Below are positions 58,894-64,000 of a stretch of 64,000 nucleotides of DNA, piece after piece (position 1 is the stretch's first letter; each line of letters begins with the position of its first letter). The position numbers and the translations under genes were made by a program. Below the pieces are notes generated by a model, which was not told where the DNA came from, did not search any database, and saw only the letters and a program-made list of their open reading frames with translations. Origin of the DNA: an uncultured Candidatus Saccharibacteria bacterium. Its GTDB lineage: Bacteria; Patescibacteriota; Dojkabacteria; J137. The stretch spans positions 5,614 through 69,613 of the forward strand of contig CAYTGI010000001.1 of the NCBI GenBank assembly GCA_964437465.1, in the 5' to 3' direction.

Positions 58894-60156
58894 ATGGCAA
58901 AGAAGTCTTTAAACACATCAATAGATGGGAACAATACTAATGAATCCACACTTTCAGCAGGAAAACAATCCACAGAAGAAAAAGGTATAACAGGTATGCT
59001 TAATGATATTGTATTAACAGCTCTTAATAAAAGAGCTTCAGATATTCATATCGAACCTCACGAGAACTCTGTTGTTGTAAGATACAGAATCGATGGAATT
59101 TTAAAAGACATATACACAATTGAAAAAAAATATGAGGAAACTTTAGTCTTTAAGATTAAAGTTAACGCTAAGCTGAGAACAGACGAACACTTTGCACCTC
59201 AAGATGGAAGAATATCTTTTAATTTTGAAGATAAGTTAGATACTAGAATATCAATTCTTCCAACAGCAAAAGGAGAAAAAGTAGTAATTAGGTTGTTAAC
59301 TCAGAAAGGAAGATCTTTTACTCTTAAAGATCTTGGATTTAAAGAAAAAGAGTATGAGATTGTTCAGAAAGCATTTAAAAAACCATATGGATCTATTTTT
59401 GCTTCTGGTCCGACTGGATCTGGTAAAACTACAACACTTTATTCAATTCTGCAGACTTTAAATTCTCGAGATATAAATATTACTACTGTTGAAGATCCTG
59501 TAGAGTATGAAATTGACGGAGTAAACCATGTTCAAGTAAATAAAAAAGCTGGTTTAACATTTAGTAATGGTCTTAGGTCTATTTTAAGACAGGATCCCAA
59601 TGTAGTTATGATTGGAGAGATTCGTGATTCAGAGACTGCAAAAATTGCAACAAACGCAGCAATGACTGGACACTTAGTATTATCAACTATTCACACTAAC
59701 GATGCAGTTACTACGATTCCAAGGCTTATTGATATGGGTGTAGAACCTTATCTTGTAGCTACAACTGTTAACGTAGTTATTGCTCAAAGACTTGCAAGAA
59801 AAATTGATGAACAGTACAGGTCAGAAACTAAATTATCACAGGAAGAATATGACGAACTTAAAATCTATAGACCTGACCTTGCTTCATACTTAAAGGTTGG
59901 TGAAACATTATATGTTCCTAACGTTCCAGAAGGATCAGTAGATAGTGGTTATAAAGGGAGAATTGGTTTGTATGAAGTATTAGAAATAAATGAGCCAATA
60001 AGAAAAATAATAATGGCTGGAGCTGACACAGACCAAATCTTTACACAGGCTAGAAAGCAAGGATTAAAGTTAATTGTAGAGGACGGTGTCGAGAAGTTAA
60101 GAGCGGGTGTTATTTCATTATCAGAGCTTGTAAGAGTTACAGCGTTAAAAGAATAA
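58894..60156 (+). CDS. pilB: Type IV pilus assembly ATPase PilB/GspE
   Basis: Walker A GPTGSGKTTT, Walker B VMIGEIRD, and a GspE N-terminal domain. Confidence 0.9.
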   Translation: MAKKSLNTSIDGNNTNESTLSAGKQSTEEKGITGMLNDIVLTALNKRASDIHIEPHENSVVVRYRIDGILKDIYTIEKKYEETLVFKIKVNAKLRTDEHFAPQDGRISFNFEDKLDTRISILPTAKGEKVVIRLLTQKGRSFTLKDLGFKEKEYEIVQKAFKKPYGSIFASGPTGSGKTTTLYSILQTLNSRDINITTVEDPVEYEIDGVNHVQVNKKAGLTFSNGLRSILRQDPNVVMIGEIRDSETAKIATNAAMTGHLVLSTIHTNDAVTTIPRLIDMGVEPYLVATTVNVVIAQRLARKIDEQYRSETKLSQEEYDELKIYRPDLASYLKVGETLYVPNVPEGSVDSGYKGRIGLYEVLEINEPIRKIIMAGADTDQIFTQARKQGLKLIVEDGVEKLRAGVISLSELVRVTALKE

Positions 60157-60157
60157 T

Positions 60158-61444
60158 ATGGAACAACCAAGTTTTTCACAAACCATGAAAACTGATCTTG
60201 ATGCTTCAGTTAATAATCAACCCCAACCTCAACAGCAGATTCAAGAACCACAACAAGTACAAGCACAACCTCAACAACAACCTGAAGCTCCTGTTCAACA
60301 AGAACAATCATCAGCTATTGCTCCTTCAAATGGGGACTTGGCAGTTCCAAAAAGACGTAGAAAGAAAAAAAAGAAGAAAAAAGGAGGGCAAGTTTATTTT
60401 TCTGGAATATCTAAGCTTATAATTCTAGTTTCAATTAGAAATCTTTACTTAATGCTCAAATCTGGGTTAGCGCTTAATGAGGCAGTAAGAACATTAACTG
60501 AACAAACTCCAGATGAAAGGCTAGCAAGAATATATGATGAGATAGCGAATAAAATAGACGAGGGAATGACTTTAGCAGAATCAATGAGACTTTATCCAAA
60601 AGCATTTTCAGACATCATAGTTTCAGTTGTTTCAGTTGGTGAACAGGGAGGAACTTTGGAGAAAAATCTTTTGTTTCTCGCTGATTATTTAAAAAAGGCT
60701 CATACATTAGGTAAGAAGATCCAAGGAGCATTAATCTATCCAGCAATTGTGTTTTTAATGACATTTGTTGAAATGCTTGGAGTAATTTTCTTGATTTTAC
60801 CTAAGCTTGAAGAACTGTTCTCTTCATTTGATGATGTACCATCAATGACAAAAACTATTTTAGCTGGGTCTCAGTTTATTAGAGAAAATGCAATTTTCCT
60901 AGCTGGAGGCTTAGTAGTATTTATATTTTTATTTACAATGTTTCTGAGGACAAAAGCTGGAAAAAGATTTAAGGATATAGTCAGCATAAATATTCCGGTT
61001 ATAAAAAAATTAACCAAGTTTAATTTACTCGCCTCATTTTCCAGAACGTTAAGTATTTTATTAGAAACAGGTATTCCTTTGGTAAATGCTCTTGATATTG
61101 CAACAAGTACTGTTAGTAATACTATTTATAGAAATATCCTTGAAAAAGTAGCTGCTGATGTAAAAAGTGGTAGAAGTTTAGCTGATTCACTTTCTGATTA
61201 TGAAAAATACTTTCCACCAACGTTTGTAAAACTTATTGAAGTTGGTGAAAGCACGGGTACTTTAGAAGAGAATCTAGCATATTTATATGATTATCATGCT
61301 GAAGAGGTTGAGGAGATGTCCAATAATTTATCTACTTTGCTGGAACCATTGTTACTGATTGTGATTGGTGGAATGATTGGGCTTCTTGCAATTATTATCG
61401 TTGGACCTATATACCAATTAACTGGAAGTATTAACACAGTATGA
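60158..61444 (+). CDS. pilC: Type IV pilus platform protein PilC (two T2SS-F domains) with a Q/P-rich N-terminal extension and a poly-Lys tract
   Basis: Two GspF-like repeats each followed by TM helices; N-terminal QPQPQQQIQEPQQVQAQPQQQ and KRRRKKKKKKKG. Confidence 0.85.
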   Translation: MEQPSFSQTMKTDLDASVNNQPQPQQQIQEPQQVQAQPQQQPEAPVQQEQSSAIAPSNGDLAVPKRRRKKKKKKKGGQVYFSGISKLIILVSIRNLYLMLKSGLALNEAVRTLTEQTPDERLARIYDEIANKIDEGMTLAESMRLYPKAFSDIIVSVVSVGEQGGTLEKNLLFLADYLKKAHTLGKKIQGALIYPAIVFLMTFVEMLGVIFLILPKLEELFSSFDDVPSMTKTILAGSQFIRENAIFLAGGLVVFIFLFTMFLRTKAGKRFKDIVSINIPVIKKLTKFNLLASFSRTLSILLETGIPLVNALDIATSTVSNTIYRNILEKVAADVKSGRSLADSLSDYEKYFPPTFVKLIEVGESTGTLEENLAYLYDYHAEEVEEMSNNLSTLLEPLLLIVIGGMIGLLAIIIVGPIYQLTGSINTV

Positions 61445-61884
61445 AAAAGGCATATACTTTACTGGAATTACTTCTTGTTTTAACTCTTTTTTCATCAGTA
61501 TCAGCAATTGTAGTTCCCTTTACAATTCGACAAATTTCACAAGGTAATGTAGAGAGTGAGGCAGATAAGGTTAGGTCAGCAATATTTCTAACTCAACAAA
61601 ACGCATATACAGGTAGAAATTCCTCAGATTATGGTATTAAATTTAATAGTGATAGTTACGAAATATATGAAGGAGCCAGTTATGCTGGAGCATTGAACAT
61701 TGATGTAGAAAATTTGCCGTCCTCTGTACAGTTTACAGCAGTTAATCTTGGTGATCTTGGAGATGAGGTTCATTTTAGCTTAGGATCAGTCATACCTTCT
61801 ACAGATGGAGTTTTAACAATATCAGACGGGACAAGTACGAATACAATAACTATAACTAGTCAAGGATCAATTTTAATTCAATGA
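61441..61884 (+). CDS. Minor pilin / pseudopilin-like protein
   Basis: N-terminal MKKAYTLLELLLVLTLF with a Glu at +5 relative to the presumed cleavage site. Confidence 0.55.
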   Translation: MKKAYTLLELLLVLTLFSSVSAIVVPFTIRQISQGNVESEADKVRSAIFLTQQNAYTGRNSSDYGIKFNSDSYEIYEGASYAGALNIDVENLPSSVQFTAVNLGDLGDEVHFSLGSVIPSTDGVLTISDGTSTNTITITSQGSILIQ

Positions 61885-63809
61885 TAGATACAAAGGTTAA
61901 AAAAGCATTTTCACTGGTTGAAATTCTACTAGCTTTAGGAATCTTCCTAATTGTTTTTGCTACTGTTGGTTTATTTGCCGTTGATTCAATTAGAAATGCT
62001 AGAAGTAATAGGGAGAGGTTTTATGCATCAATTGGAATAAACGAAATGAGCAAAGCCTTAGAAATTATGGCTCGTGAAAATTGGGCAGAGATTTTCAATA
62101 GTCCAACAGGAACTCAACTCTATCCTCAATTTAGTAGCGGTGAATACACTCTTGAAGTAGGGACTTATGATAATGGTGGAGTAACGATATATCTTGAATT
62201 AGATGATGTTTATAGAGATGGAGCAACTGGTAATATTGTAATCACTGGAGGAGTTTTGGATCCAAGATCTAAAGAGATTAATTTTACAGCGCAGTGGACA
62301 GACGTAGTTGGTGCAATTCAGACTGTTAACTCAACTGGATATATTAATGATTGGCATACATTTACATGGGAACAAACTTTAGAAAGTGAGTTTTTAAATG
62401 GAAATACAACTGACTCTTTTGTAGTTAATAATGATGATGGAGAAATTCAGCTTGCCTCACAGGTTTATGCAGATTGGTGTTCTCCTGAGTTAGGAGTTAA
62501 CACATTTGATTTACCTGGAAATGGAATATCGAAATCTATCTCTGCAATACCTGGAGTTGCTCATGTTGGGACTAATCAAGGTTCTGGCATTTCATATTCT
62601 AATATTTTAATTTCTGATGATGATCCCCCACTAATAACAATTCCTGATACATTCACTGGCTATAACGTTGTAAGTGTGCATGGAGACGAAAACTATGCTT
62701 ATCTAGCTACAACAAATGATAGTAAAGAGGTTGTTATTTTAGACATTTCAAGTACCCCTTTTACAGAGGTTGGTCACGTAAATCTATCTGGAAGTAGAGA
62801 TGCAGTAAGTATCTTTGTTAATAACGATATTGGATATGTAACTCAACATGAGACTTTATATACTTTTGATTTATCTTCTAAGACTGGAAGTAGACCTATT
62901 ATTGATTCTCATAGTCTTTTTAGAAGAGGATCTTTTATGCATGTTAGGGATGATTATGCGTATATTTTAATTGCTGGAGCTGTTGAAGAACTTGAAATTA
63001 TAGACCTTTCAAATCCAAATAATCTTCAAACTGTTGGTTTTGCTAACGTTAATGCCGGAGTAGCAGTTAAAGCTATAACAGTAAACGAGGCACAGACAAG
63101 AGCATATATCGGGGCTAATGCCTCAAGTCAATACAACGAAATTTTTGTTTTAGATATTGAGGAAAAAACAGGAGAAAGGCCTATAATTGGAAGTTTTGAC
63201 ACTAATGGGATGAATGTTACAGATTTAATTGTAGTACAAGATGATACAATTGTAATTTCTGTAGGTACAAATTCTCAAGAATATCAGGTTGTTGATATTT
63301 CTGATGAGGCAAATCCTACATATTGTGGAGGATTAGAATTTAATACAGGGTTAAATGGGATTGCTGGTGCAGTATTTTCAGATACAGGTAATAGATATGT
63401 GTATGTTGTTTCAAATGATCCAAGTGAGGAACTGAAAGTTATTAGAGGTGGCTTAGCAGGATCAGGAGGATTTATCGGTGAGGGTTATGTACCTGAAGGA
63501 ACTTTTGATTCTGAGATTTTTGATACAGGGGTTTCAAATCCTTATTATTATGTTTTAAGCTGGGATGAGACTGTTCCTGGGACTACAAATGTCAGATTTC
63601 AACTTAGGTCTAGTGATGATCCTGGAATGAGCGGGGCAACATGGGTAGGTCCTGATGGAACTAGTGGAACATATTTTGAGATGCCTGAAGGAGATCCTAT
63701 TCCTGGAGTGTTACAAAACAATAGATATTTACAGTACAGAGCATACCTACAATCTGATGCTGCGAATACACCCTTTTTAAATTCTGTAATAATAAACTAT
63801 CAAAGATGA
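61881..63809 (+). CDS. Pilin-like protein with a C-terminal LVIVD-repeat beta-propeller (candidate pilus-associated adhesin)
   Basis: N-terminal KKAFSLVEILLALGIF (Glu at +5); four or more repeats of the form ..YAY(L/I)A.....(L/V).(I/V)(L/I)D(I/L)S(D/N)P. Confidence 0.6.
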   Translation: MIDTKVKKAFSLVEILLALGIFLIVFATVGLFAVDSIRNARSNRERFYASIGINEMSKALEIMARENWAEIFNSPTGTQLYPQFSSGEYTLEVGTYDNGGVTIYLELDDVYRDGATGNIVITGGVLDPRSKEINFTAQWTDVVGAIQTVNSTGYINDWHTFTWEQTLESEFLNGNTTDSFVVNNDDGEIQLASQVYADWCSPELGVNTFDLPGNGISKSISAIPGVAHVGTNQGSGISYSNILISDDDPPLITIPDTFTGYNVVSVHGDENYAYLATTNDSKEVVILDISSTPFTEVGHVNLSGSRDAVSIFVNNDIGYVTQHETLYTFDLSSKTGSRPIIDSHSLFRRGSFMHVRDDYAYILIAGAVEELEIIDLSNPNNLQTVGFANVNAGVAVKAITVNEAQTRAYIGANASSQYNEIFVLDIEEKTGERPIIGSFDTNGMNVTDLIVVQDDTIVISVGTNSQEYQVVDISDEANPTYCGGLEFNTGLNGIAGAVFSDTGNRYVYVVSNDPSEELKVIRGGLAGSGGFIGEGYVPEGTFDSEIFDTGVSNPYYYVLSWDETVPGTTNVRFQLRSSDDPGMSGATWVGPDGTSGTYFEMPEGDPIPGVLQNNRYLQYRAYLQSDAANTPFLNSVIINYQR

Positions 63810-64000
63810 TGAAAGGATATAGAAAAGCAATTACATTAATTGAGACTGTGATTTACTTGGCGTTAATTGGGTCTGCATTTTTTTTAATAGTTAATTTTGG
63901 ATTTACAATAGCGGACTTTAATAGAGATGCTGGCGTGAATAATGAGATTCAACAAAGTTTAGTTTTTTTGAATCAGCATTTTGAAGAACATATTGAACTT
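63806..64000 (+). CDS. Minor pilin-like protein (partial; continues past the window end)
   Basis: MMKGYRKAITLIETVIYLALIGSAFF with a Glu at +5; start overlaps the previous stop (ATGA). Confidence 0.5.
   Translation, partial: MMKGYRKAITLIETVIYLALIGSAFFLIVNFGFTIADFNRDAGVNNEIQQSLVFLNQHFEEHIEL

Noticed and set aside
1-64000. Alternative genetic code (UGA recoding, as in some candidate-phylum lineages)
   Set aside because: Long conserved genes (dnaE 1183 aa, dnaK, xfp) are uninterrupted under the standard code, and TGA functions as a stop at 63807-63809 with the next gene starting there.
1-64000. Prophage, integrase or transposase
   Set aside because: No integrase, recombinase, transposase, terminase or capsid-like ORF was recognised. 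The only mobility signatures are the DUF559/repeat cassette and the GIY-YIG remnant.

Overview
This 64 kb window is an AT-rich (roughly one-third GC) chromosomal segment from a small-genome bacterium. It is gene-dense on both strands and uses the standard genetic code; long ORFs such as the 1183-aa DnaE are uninterrupted. The gene content includes a sortase, a type IV pilus cluster, a split transketolase, phosphoketolase plus acetate kinase, and nucleotide salvage genes. This points to a monoderm, reduced-metabolism lineage such as Patescibacteria/CPR, but that placement is inference only.

Recognisable content, in order:
- ABC transporter ATPase and permease, a GT4 glycosyltransferase, and grpE-dnaK with a CIRCE-like operator.
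- A deoxynucleotide/folate island: nucleoside-2-deoxyribosyltransferase-like protein, TK-like protein, dcd, thyA, folA and a frameshifted MTHFS.
- ackA, an RND exporter, pterin-4a-carbinolamine dehydratase, a DUF3095-like nucleotidyl-cyclase-fold protein and a sortase.
- A pentose-phosphate/phosphoketolase block: zwf, a short 6-phosphogluconate dehydrogenase, tal, split transketolase, pgi and xfp.
- NUDIX, a short RelA/SpoT homologue, dnaE, a YjeF/Nnr-like protein, MscS and a split NrnA-like DHH phosphoesterase.
- A umuD-like gene and a Y-family polymerase separated by an unknown gene, a VOC-dioxygenase/esterase fusion, three tandem PAS paralogues (one decayed) and tRNA-Ala.
- An ABC exporter, Smr, two unknown tandem paralogues, rarA, a RodZ-like protein and an HhH-GPD glycosylase.
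- A scarred tRNA-Ser locus with a decayed GIY-YIG gene, then a type IV pilus cluster: membrane GT-C-like protein, two major pilins, pilB, pilC and three or more minor or pilin-like proteins.

No rRNA, CRISPR array, integrase or transposase was found. No single obviously novel multi-gene system stands out. The most unusual signals are the tRNA-Ser scar locus, the GC-rich palindromic repeat family flanking a DUF559 mini-gene, several homopolymer-associated frameshifts in otherwise intact genes, the orphan cyclase-fold protein, and a pilin-anchored LVIVD beta-propeller protein.
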